Of a stretch of 64,000 bases of DNA, positions 11,674 through 25,174 are shown in pieces. Source of the stretch: Camelus ferus (lineage: Eukaryota). Every line of letters starts with the position of its first letter. Within the stretch, counting starts at the first letter, position 1. Under the pieces are notes generated by a model, which saw only the letters and a list, made by a program, of their open reading frames with translations, had not been told where the DNA came from and did not search any database. The stretch covers positions 109,494,001-109,558,000 of the forward strand of contig NC_045696.1 in assembly GCF_009834535.1 (NCBI RefSeq), given 5' to 3'. Made by a program: the position numbers and the translations under genes.

Positions 11674-14600
11674 GTAATCTGTGATTTCTAAAGCCCCAAC
11701 CACAGGTCCTGTACCTCGGGCAGTCTCTTGACCTTTGCTCTTTTATCTTCCCTCACAAACGTCCCTGGTCAATCCAACCATCTGCCTTTCTCATCCTTGG
11801 GGCGAAACTCCAGACTAGCACCGCCAGGCTAAAAAGAAAACAAAACCACCACAGCCGAAGGCCAAAAATGTTTGAGGATTACCAGTATTAAGAGTGGGGA
11901 AGCTTGTCTGCCTCCCCTCTCCGTGCCAGTGTCCCTTCCAGCAGGGATGCTGCCATGGAAACCCACGTGTTTCTTTACAGATAGTTCTGATCTTTATACT
12001 TCCAAGGGCCCTGGGGACTCTGTTTTATCAAAGGCCTTTCCTAGCTCATGATAACCACAAGAACTACACAATTATGCAGACTGGGACTTCCAGTGTCCAA
12101 TTCCGTTATCTCTTACATAGAGGCCTTTGGGTGAGATTTTATCTAAGCCATGTGGACTTCACTAAAAATGGCCGAAAGCTCCTGATCTGACCTTTGAGAC
12201 CCGGCTCTGAGAGGTGCTTTGACCAGCCCCGCCCCATCCCCAGGCGGAGTCCACGTCGGGGCACGGCTCCTCTGGGCTTGTTGTGGTTCCCAGTGGCTCC
12301 TGGGCTCCACTGAGGCTCCAGTCCTCCCTGGAGCAGCTCCCATGGACATGGCCTTTCTCGGTTGTATTGGAAGAACCCTGCCAGACAGTAAGGCCACTGT
12401 GTGGACAGCAGAGGCTGGCAAGGGGGTGCTGGGGAGAAAAATTGCACTGAGCAGAGAAACTGTCAGGGGTCTGGCCCAGAGGGCTTCCCGCACAGGCGCG
12501 ATTTTTGTTCCAACTCCCCAGTCTGGGCGCTTCCCTCTTAAGGAACAAGGAAGCTGCGAGGGAAACCTGTTTTTCTTTTTACGGTGTTCTGATTTTTATA
12601 CTTCTAAGGGCCCCAGGGCTGTGTCTTTCCAAAGGCTGTTTCTAGATCATAGGAATACGAGTAATACCGAAGCTGCCTTCTGTTACCACTGCTGTGACTG
12701 CCACCAACGCGGACCCTCGACTGGCTGTTCTGACTCTCTGAACTTTATCTTGTTCAGACGTTCTTCCTGCATGGGAACACACTTGATTTCCTGAATCACT
12801 TCTCAAAAGAGACATTCCCCCTTTGGGGCCACTGGGCCATGGTTTGGTTCCAAAATCACACCCTGCTGAAGATACAGGAGGGTAAGCAGGCTGACTGGCT
12901 GACGGAGGACCATTCCAGGGCGCATCTTTGCTTTGCTTCCTTCTTCTTTTGGAAGGATCCCCTCACGTCTCCAGCTCTGAGGGACCTCTCACTTGGGCCT
13001 CAGAGGTGCCAAACCACAGACCCTCCTCCCCTGTCAGATGCTGCATCTCCGAGGTCATTGGGAAACAGCCAGAAGTCACCCTTTCTGAGTTTCCTTCTTT
13101 GCCCCCATTGCATTAGGACCCCTTGAGCCCTGAGCTTTACCTCCCAGGTCTTACCCATTCGGTAAACTTCCAACCAGGACTCAGAATTGGCCACGAGGGT
13201 AGAGACACTAAAAAAAAAAAATAGAAAGATTTAAGTGGAGATTGGCAGACACCCAAAGCCAGTACTTCTCTTGGGCTATGAGCCTCCTGTTGGAGACACA
13301 GCAACCACTATGGAAGATTAAATAAATGAGGTACCAGGATGCATGAACGTGGGGGGTGAGGGAGGGATGGTTGTAGAGAAGGACCTGGGTGTACTTTTTG
13401 GTTTGACTACTTAGCTCCCTGACAGTACATACTCCTTTTTTTTCCCATTGAAAAAGTAGGGACAGAATTTTTAATTTGTCTGCTAGATCTCACATCAGGA
13501 AGTAGTGTGTTCATAATTCAAGATGGCAGGTAGGTTCCCCTCATGTTTATCTCCCCTCGTCTCATGATGGTGAAAGCAATGGATTCAAAAATGGTGAAAG
13601 CCAATAACAGAAAAAAGAAAGGGAGAGGGATTATGAGTGGATGAAACATTTCAATAATCTCAGCAAGATGGGAGGTGGTTGGGAAGTGATGAGGGATGAA
13701 ATAGAGTAGAGGAGGCAGGCTCTTAAGTACCTGCCTGCGTGGGGCTGACAGTGGGGGAGCCCTTGGACTTGGGACTTGGCACAGCCCTGGAGGGCAGCAA
13801 ATTCAGAGTGGGCAGGTGTGGCAGAAGGCAGAGGTGACCAGTGGAGCTGAACCCGAGGGGTTAATACAGAGTGGCCCTTTACTCCGAGAAAATTACAAGC
13901 AACCTTCTCTCCAGGAACCGAGGGACCATCAGCTAGTGCGGATGTGCGTGCCCAGGAGGGAAACCCGCTCCTGGCCCCCAGCTCGCTTGCCACAAAGTGA
14001 AATGATCCAATAAGTGTACAAATCCTGATAAAACTATTGAAAGTTGGGAGCAATAGGGAGAGGGGTGGGAGGTGTAAAAATAAGTGCGCTAACTCCTCTT
14101 CTGTCGTGGCGGTGGCTTGAGCTGAGCGCAGGGTTGGCCTCGTCATTCTAAGCCCTTCCATGTAACTTGATTTTTAAAACATGTGCCTGTAAAACATTGA
14201 TCCAAAATAAAGGGAAAAATATGAAAGAACAAAAATAAATGATTATGTCGGAGGGTTTCCCGCTGACTGTAAAGGGAGCTTCTGGATGCCAGGTGCCGCT
14301 CACTCCCAGTTGGGTCGTTGGCATGGCTGGGCAGTTCTGCTGCTGCCCAAGAGATGCAGGAGCCTCAGAGCTGTTCCTCCCTGTCGGGGGCGAGGAGTCC
14401 ACTCCAGCCTGGAGAGAGGAGGAGTAGTGTGGACTCTGGGGCCAGATTTTGACCCACAGAGTTGGGAGGAGCCAAAGCAAGCGGCACCTCGGAGTCTCCT
14501 CACTGACTCAGAAAGAACTGCAGAGTGGCCCTCAGCACGCCGCTGAGCTCTCCCTGCTCTGCTGGTGGGGAGAGGGCGAGAATAAAGCATCACTGAGTTC

Positions 14601-15519
14601 TTGTTTTCTCTTTCTTCTCTCTCTCTTCTTTTTTCCCTTCCTTCTTTCCTTCTTTCCGAAGAATGGTTCCATTTAGACGGCTGACAGCTGCTGTTTATGG
14701 ATCAAAGCAGTTGTTCCAAACTGGGAGGTCACAGCCTGTGTCCCAGTCCAGCCCCATCTCCTGTCCCTGAAGGGCCTTCTTCCCACTCCAGGGCTCTCTC
14801 AGTATATTAAACTATCTCTGAGACATCACATCCCAGTGGACCTAAGGCATTAGGTGAGGTTTCTAGAGTTTTGCCTTCATCAGGATGCGTCTGGACCAAA
14901 TCAGAGTTGGTTGGCCGCAGGGTCAGTGGTTAAACGGGTCATAACCTGATGGGGATGCAATTTCAGAACTTTTTCCAAGTGTCCCTTTGACTCTGATAAG
15001 ATGCCACAGATCATAGTTCCAGTGTTTAGTTTGGAAAAGGGGGCCATGACCATGTGCGCATAGGAGAGCACAGCTAGGCTTGACTTTGATCTGAGCTGCG
15101 AGCCTTTCCCTCCTTGCCCTGACTGATCACCTTCTGGCCCGATTACTCACTTACAGCTTTTCACTTGGCATCTCAGCATCTTTTCGACTTTTTTTTAGCT
15201 CTTTGGCACCAGTGGTGAAAAGACTCCTCTTTATTAGAAGAAAGATCTTCAGGAGCACTCAAATTTTCCTGCTTCCTTCCTCCCTGAACTTCCTCCTTAT
15301 GTTTGTTAAGATTGGAAAAAGAATGGAGCCGTGAGCATGAGCAGTTACGTTACAAGTCTTAGAGCTTCCTGCCCACCACACCCTGCAAGAATGTCGTCCC
15401 CTTACATTAGCTTTCCCTGCCAGCTTCCTTCTGCAAGATGTGCCTAAAGACATGTATCCTTTTAACACACACAGGTGAAAACCTAGATGTTTACATTAGC
15501 ACACACATACACATACACA

Positions 15520-16110
15520 CTTGGATATTTACACGGGTTTTGACGGTTTCAAAGTGAGCCCCTTGGAAAAACAGATCTATTTCAGTGACATTGCCAATGC
15601 TCATAATACGTTTTTTAAAACTATTTGTGGAATTCCCTTCAAGGCCTCAGAACATTATTTTGAATACCTTCCTGGTTGCAAATCTTTTTTAAATTAATTT
15701 TTCCTTAAATCAGTTAGTATTGAGGTAGAGTTTACATATAATAAAGTGCACAGATTTTAAATGATTGATGAGTTTTGACAGATGTATACATCTGTGTAAA
15801 TACTGCCATAATCAAAATATAAAATATTTCCACCACCCCAGGAAGTCTTTTCATACACAAATGCAAATCTTTAACTTTTTAGTCTGAGTTTAGAAATAGC
15901 CAAAAATGATTTAGAATTGAGCCAAGTAAATAAGTGGGGCAGTTAAACTGACAAATGATGTTTTGTGCCTTATAGATTTTGTGGCTCGTAGACTGATGAA
16001 AAGCAATGCTGAAGGGGGAATTTATAATGATTGAGGACAGATCATTGGAACAAATCTGCAGCTTCCCGAATGGCTACTCCGATGGCTGTACATTCTGGAT
16101 GAGGGTTCAT
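15520..16110. mobile_element. Mariner-type (MARNA-like) fossil with a nested antisense L1 3'-end piece (about 15700-15850)
   Basis: tatttcagtgacattgccaatgctc...gaaatagccaaaaatgatttagaattgagccaagt; L1 piece tattgaggtagagtttacatataataaagtgcacagattttaa. Confidence 0.45.
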
Positions 16111-16524
16111 CAGTTAGAATATTGAAAGACGTATTCATGTACTTGACAATGTTGAGCACTAATTAAGGACTAGGCATTATTTCAGACTACAGGGCTGTGG
16201 CATCCTAAAAAAAAAAAAAAAAACACATTTCATCTTTCCTGGGTGAAGTCTGCATTTTGGTGGAGGTGGGTATCCGTAAGTGAGAAGTCAAAGGCATGAT
16301 GTAATTTTAGGAAGCAATAAGTGTTATAAAAAGGGAAAAAAAGTAGAGTGAGGAGGTAGAAAATGCTGGTGTGCTAGTTTTAAAAAGATCATACAGTCCA
16401 TGTAATATGTCTTTATTTTCTTGTCCTTTTGTGAAGAAATCTCAAGACTCATATTCTACCATAAGCTACTTTTAAAATGGAATCTTTCCCTAAAGTATAT
16501 TCTGCAGAATGCTGGTATCTGTTT

Positions 16525-16541
16525 TATATATATACATATAC

Positions 16542-16601
<60 letters not shown>
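16525..16601. repeat. Compound (TA)n(TG)n(T)n microsatellite
   Basis: Directly visible. Confidence 0.95.
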
Positions 16602-16684
16602 AGTGTATATGGAGGGGAAGAGGGGTTCCATGACTAAAGAAGCAATGGAGAAGGTTAGGTAAAACAGAGTTAAGCCACTCTTTA

Positions 16685-16850
16685 ACGAAGGTTTTCTTAG
16701 AGCCTTTAATATGCTCATGTGAGTTGTAAATATTCACAAGGGAGGATCATAGCGTGCAAAATTTTTCAGACTTTTTTCTTCTGGGAATCCTTTCAGCTTG
16801 GAGCATCTCCAGCAAGTGGTGCTCTGCGTAACACATCTTGGGAGATTCTG
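16685..16850. mobile_element. hAT-Charlie-type fossil (related copy at about 48175-48325)
   Basis: Both sites share a ttct(t/c)agag(c/g)ctttaa motif and end in ttggga...ctg. Confidence 0.45.
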
Positions 16851-18699
16851 TCCTAGAGTTTTCATGCCATAGGAGACTTGAAAGCGACAGAGAGGTTCAA
16901 TTACTTGGGCAAGAGGAGGGAGTGGAGAAAGCCTGGACTTACTAAATATCCCTCTAGAAGGCAGAGCCCTCACTGTGGGCCAGGCAGAGTGCCAGGCACT
17001 TTAAACACAGCCTCTCTCTTGTGCAAGCCTCCCAAGGCAGCGGTATTATCACGGGAGACTGCTTTCAGAGGGTCAAATACAGAACCAAAGGTCACACCAT
17101 TCCTTACAGACTCAGGATTTGAACCTCGGCTTGTTTGATTCTCAAACCCAAACCATCAAATCCCGTAACACTATGTTGTCTACATAATGGTGGCGGTGGG
17201 TTGCAACCCAACCGGCAAACCTTTCCTTCTCCTGTCAGTCCATCTGCTTACACTCATAAACCTCATGTTCTCTGAGAGGGATGGATTCCTGTTTGTCCTG
17301 CCTTGTATCTGCAGTGTTTGCTGCTCCATGTCATGCCGGCCATGGAGTGAGTCCCCAGTAACTTTGAGCAGCCTGGGTCCTGTCCTCATAAGCTCAGTAG
17401 GGGGGACCAGATGGCTATGATATGACCCTGAGCAGCCCCGGGCCAGAAAGCTCTGCTGGAACCCTCCATCCACTTCTTTCTCTTCTCCTGGCATCTCCTG
17501 CCCACCTTTCCCTCCCCTGCAGCCACAGATCTCATTCTTCTTCATCTGCTGAATCCGCTGGAACCTGGGGCCCAGATATCTGCCAACATTTCTGTGGGGG
17601 CACCCATAAGGGACCCCGACCTCACAGGGCTACGGGACCCCACAGCTGATGGTGTGCCTGGCTCTGTGGCGGTGGGTGGGGAGCGAGGGGCGAGCCAGCT
17701 GGCTCTCGGTGGAGTCTTCCACCTCGTATCTGAAGGGATTTTTGTATTTACTGGAAAGAGCAAAGGCATATCTTTCAGGAAAAGATCTGAGACAGAGTTT
17801 TTTTTCTCCCACTCTCCTCGCCTTCCTCTCATGAGACTGCGAGAGAATTGGGTAGAGATGAGTCACTCCTGTTAATTCATTACTAATTTGGTTCGAGGGA
17901 GACTGGTCTTTTCTGAGCTTTATGTTCAGACACTCGGGTTTTCCCAAACGGAACTCATTGCCCTCCTCTCCATATACCCTCTTCCTCCTGGGCCCCCTGT
18001 CTCCACACGTGACCTTGCCCCCTTCCTGGCCCTCAGGCTGGAAATTCCGCCCCTTTTCTTCCACCTTGAATCAGGGACAGACTTGTCAACTCAGCCTCTG
18101 CAGGAGCCCCTGAACTGGTCCCTCCCCACTTCGCCACTGCCCTGGACTTTGGTCCGGCCCTCTCTGTCTCTCCCCCGGGCTGTCAGGCAGCCCTCACTCC
18201 TCTGCTGGCTTCTGCCCCAAATGCTAGCCGTGTGCCCAGCTGGCAAGATGCCTCTGCGCAGAGTTCAGTGACAAGTGCCCGAATTTTCAGAAGCTACCTT
18301 GAACTAGATGCATCCCTGGGCCCCATGCTGGGTCAGGGGGCCACTGAAGGGTGAGGCAGTTATCCAGATAAAGAAGAGGAAGATGTTTCTGTGAGGATCG
18401 TAAGCAAAGACGCAGATGGTGAATGCATGCTGTGGGGTGGTATGACCTTGATGGAGTTTGAAGGGCGAGATGTTTTAGTGATAGTGTTGCAGAACAGAGC
18501 AGCCCTGAACTTAGTGCTTAACACAGCGGCAACATTTAGTTTGGTCAGGGATCTGCCGTCTATAGAAGGCTTGGTGAGGATCGCCCATTTCTGCTGCACT
18601 CAGCATTGAAGGCTCTCTTAGCAGCACGTCTGGCCCTTGACACTGGCTGCAGGCTGAAACTTCAGCTAGAGTTGTCTGAATCCCCAGCCTGTGGATTCC

Positions 18700-18995
18700 C
18701 TGTGAGTAGAGAAGGCTGGGATTCCTTATAGTGTGATGTCTGGGGTCTAAGGGTCCCTAGAGAGAAAGAGCCAGGGGGATTCGCTATGGACTTTCAGGAC
18801 GTGTCCTCAAGGTCACAGACCACCACTTCCGCTTCCTTCTCTTCTCTAGAAGCAAGTAACTAAGATTGGCCCATACTGAAGGGGAGGGAACACCAACCCA
18901 CTTCTTGATGAACAAATGTCACTGTCACATTGTAAGAGGTGTATGTGGGACAGGAAAATGGGTGTAGCCATCTTTGTAAAACATGATCCGCCACA
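18700..18995. mobile_element. Old MLT1-type LTR fragment
   Basis: cacttccgcttccttctc...agaagcaagtaactaag...ggcccatactgaaggggaggg...gccatctttgtaaaaca...ccaca. Confidence 0.6.
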
Positions 18996-18999
18996 GCAG

Positions 19000-19680
19000 G
19001 GTGTGGAGCCATAGAGTTAGGCAAGGTCTAGGACCTGTAGCATCTTGGGTACCACACCAAGGGCATTGGTTTTTATCTTGTAGGAAGCAGGGAGCCAGTG
19101 AAAGGTGTTCATTTGGGTGTAACCTGCTCACATCTGTGTTTGATAAATCTCTTTCTGGAGTGGTGGGATGGGAGGTTTGATGGGGGCAGACAGGAGATCT
19201 GTGAGAGGTTGCGGAAGGAATCCAGGGGAGAGAGGAGAGAGCCCGAGGCAAGGCATTACCTGGAGACTGAGGGCAGGTCAAGTGCAAGAGGCGCCCAGAA
19301 GAGATCAAGGGGCTTAGCAATGGCGCCAGATGCCAGAGGGTGAGGAACAGGCATCCAGCAGGACTCTCAGTTTCCAGCTTAAGGAACTGAGTGAAGGTGA
19401 TGGGGATAAAGGAAAAACAGGAGGGGTTTGTGGCAGAGGACTTTGAGCCTGATCTGTGAAGCCATTAGTCTGAGGGGTCTGAGAGTGCCCAGGTGGACAC
19501 GTCCAGCACCCGGTGGGATAGACTTGAATGTGGAGGTCGGGGGGAAGTTCTGGATGAGGGTCTGAGATGTGAGTGCCACAAATGGGATTTCCACTGAATG
19601 TGTGCAGAAAGAGTGTCGTGTCCAGAGAAGGGGACTACAGATAAGAGTTTGGGGGGCATTAGCCTTTAGGGGATGGTCAG
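19000..19680. mobile_element. L2 fragment
   Basis: ggtttttatcttgtaggaagcagggagccagtgaaagg...gcctgatctgtgaagccattag...gtctgagatgtgagtgcc. Confidence 0.6.
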
Positions 19681-20931
19681 TGCTGGGCACACGAGATGCC
19701 TGGAGTGGACAAGTTCTGCACGTCAGTTTCCCCATTTGTAAGAGAGACTAGATCATTTTCAAAAGCACCTTTATCACAAAATAGTAAGAATTCCAGTACA
19801 TGAAATGAGGCCAAGCGGAGCCTCCCCAGGGGACAGGGATGGAGGGCTGCCTCTGCCTCCAGGTTGACAGGCTTCCTTCTGCCACTGATGACGAGTGAGT
19901 TGGCCATGTGGCTCCAGGTGGGCAGCAGCCTGGAGAGGTGTCTGTTTCCCTGGTGTGAGGACCTCCTTGGGTTTGAATGTGGAGGCAAGCAGCTAGGTCT
20001 GTGCCCTGGCCCCACAAAGGCTCTGCCTTGGCAGGTAGGAGGGGGAAGGTCAGCTCTGATCCCGCAGCCTGGAGCGGGGTCCTCGCCGAGGGAGTAGACT
20101 TGGCTTTGCAAGGAAACGGAAATGAAGGTGGAGGCCCAGTTGCTCTCCTGAGATGCCAACCCTTGAATTAAGGGAAGAGCTTTGGCAGACTATGAAACAT
20201 AATGGCACCCCACCCTTCCCTGGAGGGGCCCTTCCAGGGGGCTCGGGATGTGGGGCTCCAGGCTCTGAGCCTGCTCAGCCAAGAGCCCAGGAGAGCTCCG
20301 CCTGCAACTGATTCTGGATGCCACAACCCCTCTGTACCCTCCCCGCTATGTATCTGTCCCATCAACCACATCACTTGTCACATTTACTCATACCCATAGG
20401 ACAAAGCATATGGTGCAGGGAGGGATGCAGAGTCAGTGATCTGGCCCTTGTCGTTCCTCTGAGGGGGGAACCAGCACAATCGCATGCCCCCCTCCTAAGA
20501 GGGACCAGCCTGTTTGAGAGCCCATCCTGGGGTATTAGAGGTGGGCCTGGGAGGAAGGGCAGGGGAGTGGAGGACAGGTCAAGGGGAGTGGAGCTTGCTT
20601 GTGCCCCTGTGAGTGATGTAAATGGCCTGCAGCCTAGCCCTCAGCCCTCACAGGACATGGAAGGGAGGGCAGAGCTGTCAGAAGACAATTCAAGGCGCTC
20701 ATGGCCCCGGGCCCCAGCTTCTGCTGGCCGAGTCATGCCCTTCTCTCCGAGATGCTTCTCCAGCTCCGTGGTTTTCTTGCTGTTGAGGATGCCTACGACA
20801 CTGCTGGTGATAAGAATGGCAGGAATGGTGGGAATGGCTCACGTGCGTTGCCTGAGGCTGTGGGTGAAACTGGTCTAAGGATGATGGCATCTCGCCCCAG
20901 GCCCCCCAGTGAAGTAACTGTTCCCCAGTAA

Positions 20932-21324
<393 letters not shown>

Positions 21325-22434
21325 TAATATCCCGAGGCTGTTCTGTACCAGATGCTGAGCTCAGAGCCCCGGGGACACCTGACCTCCTCACTGGCCCTGC
21401 GCGCAGGTGCTCTGCACACACACCTGGCGGGTGAGGGCGCCAGGGCTCCGCAAGGGCAGCCACGTGCCTCAGGTGTGCAGGGCTGTCTGTACCTCTAAGT
21501 GAATTCTGTGACCACCCGCGAGATCATACGGCCTCTGCCGTCCCCAGTTCAGGGGAGACAAGCCCCAGGCACGTGGGCAGGGAGGCAGCCTCAGGCTGAC
21601 AGCTCCTGTCCTTAAGAGGGTGGCAGAAGCCAGAGCTGCTCAATGGCCTTGACTCCCAGACAAGATCAGATCTCTGTGACCTCCAGCAACATGGATTTTA
21701 CACTGTCCCTCAGTGGCTGCACATAAAAGTAGAGGAAAAGAGGATGGGCTGAGAGGTCAGGGTGGGAGGGCAGAGGTCAGAGTCAGCTAGGAGTCACTGG
21801 AAGCCAGGGAGAAAGGGGCAGGGGAGGCAGCAGTGTCCCTCAGTCGTGGCTGCAGCACTGGGGCTTCAGGTGAGGAGACGGGCCCCGGGCCCGGCTCCTC
21901 TCTTTTCTTTCCACAAGGCCCACTGTTCCAGGATGGAAGCTGTGGTCTCCCCGTCCCTGGAGCCCACATGCAATTAGATCCTCCCCTAACTTGACAACGG
22001 AGACTGTCATTTAGAGACTAGAGCTCCTCTAGGCAGCTTCTGAAATGGGCTGAAAAGGTGGGAAGTCTCTCAACGCCCCTCAACCACCACCTCCCAGTCG
22101 CGCCATCCCCAGCTTGCTTCCCGCTCTACATACCCCTTCCCCTTCACTCCTCCTGTGCCCTCCCCCGCCCACACAGCCATGCCCCTCAGGAGCGCCCCCC
22201 CCCGCCTGTGCCAGATCCCTCTGCTGTCCTCAGGGGAGGGCCCCCTCCCCAGTCACGTCTTCCAGACGGGAAGCCTGAATCAGAAAGCCTACCTCCCCCA
22301 TCCCAGTGGCCACACCTGGGCGGAGAGTGGCCAGGATTGGAGCCTATGTCTGTCTGATGGCCACCACGCTCTGACCCCCGTTCCACCTCTTCTGCCACCC
22401 GTGCCCAGCCCCTGTCCACCAGCCCTGCCCTGAA

Positions 22435-23030
22435 AATCTAGTCCTCAGACACACCACTGGAATCTCTACTGGTGCCCATTCAGCACGCACTCCCCCTGCG
22501 TGGACCATTCCTGCACCCTGACAGGTGCCCGTACTTGCACTGGTACAGCCCATCGGTCATCCCTGCTGGTCTGATGGACCTCAGACGCCCTTCTCTGAAC
22601 TCCCAGGCCCACGTGGATGCCTTCACTGCTTTCCAAATGTGTGTCTGTGTCCCGGTGTTTTAATGTCTGTGTATGTGCGTGTATGTCTCTGTCTACCTGA
22701 CTGTCCATCTGTGTCTTGCGCTTCCTGGTGATGCCCAGGTGATGGGGTCTGCCTCTCTATGTAGGCTGTGCACCCCGACACAGAATGCACCCTCCTAAAT
22801 GTGGGCCTCTGACTTTGCTTCCAGCACATGTTGTCCTCACTCATGAAGGACCCAGGGAAAACAAATCTCTGACATTTGTGTCACCGCAGTCCTATCCCAT
22901 GACCCTGGCAGACAGCTTTTCTGCTGAGTCCAGACTCCGAATGCTTCTCAATAACCGTTCTAGACACCTCTGCTAATGTAGTCCTCAGACACACCACTGG
23001 AATCTCTACTGGCGCCCACTCGGCACACAC
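22435..23030 (+). repeat. 56-bp direct repeat pair (22435-22490 and 22975-23030)
   Basis: 34-bp identical core tagtcctcagacacaccactggaatctctactgg; 5 mismatches in 56 bp; 540-bp offset. Confidence 0.95.
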
Positions 23031-23414
23031 GTATCAGAGCTGGCACGTTGGGTAGTCCTCTCTTCCTTCACAGCCCAGGCGATCGCCGAATCTACGACCT
23101 TCCATGGTTAAATTCTCAGTCATGTTTTTCCTGTGCTCGGGACGAAAACGTGGGCCCAGGAACAACTGGATTTCTCAAGGGGCAGGGAGTAGCTAGCTGG
23201 GACACAGGAACAGGCCACAACAGGAGGCTGATTAGGCAAATAAGAAGCCAAATATTCCCCCAGGTTATAGTTCAATGAAAAATAAAAATAATTCACCCAT
23301 TAAATTTTCTCTTTCCTAAATTCAGATGGGCTTTTCATGGTCAGGTTTTAGACCATGCCGGTGGACATGGTTTGAGGTAAATATCGTAAGTTATTCCTTG
23401 AACCTAACAATCCT

Positions 23415-23780
23415 GTGTGTTGTGTGAAAATGTGTGTCTGTTTCTGTGCATGTCTGAGTAATTATGTGTGTGGGTGTGTATGATTATGTGTGTATCTGTG
23501 AGCTAAGACTGTGTATGTATCTGTGTGTGTATTTGTGTCTGTATGTGTGTATGTGTGTATTTGTGTATCTGTGTGTATCTGTGGGTATTTGTGTATCTGT
23601 GTACATCTGTATGTTATCTGTGTGTGTATTTGTGTACCTATGTGTATATCTATGTAGGTATTTGTGTGTCTGTGTCTGTGTGTGTATCTGTGTGTCTGTT
23701 TGCCTTGTATGTCTGTGTGAGTGTGTATTTGTCTGTGTATTTGTGTGTGGCTCAGGGGGAGTGGGTGGGTGAGTGTGTGG
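23415..23780. repeat. Degenerate (TG)-rich low-complexity tract
   Basis: Repeated tgtgtgtatc/tgtgtatt units. Confidence 0.9.
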
Positions 23781-25174
23781 AGAAGGTAGGACAGGACCTC
23801 AGGCAAAGGGCTTTCTACAGTCTCGTTGACACTGACCCAGGCATTGGGGAACGGACTGGCTAATAAAGTTGAGGTCTTACCGGGAGAGCAGGAGGCAGTG
23901 ACCAAATCGGAGGGGCCTTCGTGGCCAACCCGAGGCTCCCGGCCTCTGTGGAAGGTGGCACGGGACTGGCCTGGTTCTCGAGCAGAGCTGGGCAGGACGC
24001 ACAGCCTCGTGAAGAAGAGCCCTCTGGGGGGGCTGCTGGGAGATGCCCAAGGTGGGGCCAGCGCATCCCCAAGTTAGATGGCCGGGAAGCTGTGCACTGA
24101 GCCAGGCCTGAGCGGCTAGGGGAGAGGAGGACCCTGCCGATCCTGCAGAATAGGAAAAGGCAGGGTTTGGCGGCTGCTTGAGCGCAAGATGGAAGGCAGC
24201 TCAGCCTGCAGGGCTGCCGCCTACAGAAGCCCACGGGGTGTGAGGAAAGGACCAGCCAGGTGGAGGGAAGGTGAGCCCACCTGGGCGCATGGAGTGCCCG
24301 GGCCTGCGGGGCTGGCTGGTGAGATGGAGGAGAAAGGGGGGCTGGTGTCACAGGCTGGCAGGGAAGACGCTGGGCAGCCGGCCCTGAGAGGCAGCGGCTT
24401 CTCTTGCCCCCTACCCGCGGCCGCGGCTGAGTGGGCGAGCTGAGCCTCCCTGAGTGCCTCCCTGGGCTTCCCTGGGCCCCTCCCGGATGCCTGACGGCAG
24501 GGCTGTTACAGATGGGCTGTGCAGTCACTGTTAGGGGCCACTTTGGTGCTGAAGGGCTGAGGCCTGGGCTGCAGAGGCCCCCATCTTCTCAGCTAGAACA
24601 GCTGCCGCTTCTTTTTTTTTTTTTAATTTTAGGGAAAATAATTTTTTTCAAAGGAATGTTTAGGAACCAAGGTCTTAAGCCAGCATCAGCCGTAACAGCT
24701 GTGGGGGCCCAACTTCACTCCAAGAAGCCTGCCCAGGCCCTGCTGGGGTGGGGGAGCTGCAGGAAAGGGCCCCTCCAGTCAGGCGGGGCCAGGCACCCCG
24801 CACCCCACCGCTCCTCCTCCCCGAGTCTCCCTTCAGGGCCCTCCCTCCTCCCTCCCCCGGACCTTTTGAAGTCAGCCTCAGTGAGCTTAGCTGATATGGT
24901 CGGATATTTACAATCATTTCCTGGAAAATGATGGGGAAACAAAAAGGGAATAAAATCTAAGAAGCACAAGAATAAAGCTGTGTTTCCAGGTACTGGTTTC
25001 AGAATGTCCTAGAAGCACGTCAGGCCAGCAGCTGGAGCACCTTCCCGATCAGACTAGGCTGCCTTCTCATGTCTTCACATCCCCTTTCTCTGTGTATTGT
25101 AAACCATGTTACTCTTGGCCACACAGGACGGGTCTCCTGGGCAGCTGTGCCTTCTTGAAAAAGCCTACCACTTA

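Noticed and set aside
22435..23030. CRISPR-like or LTR-pair interpretation of the direct repeat
   Set aside because: Only two copies in a mammalian intron; no cas genes, no TG...CA termini and no internal retroviral features.
23462..24528. Long ORFs over the TG-rich and GC-rich tracts (e.g. 23462-23905, 23860-24528)
   Set aside because: Low-complexity or GC-driven open frames with no recognisable protein similarity.
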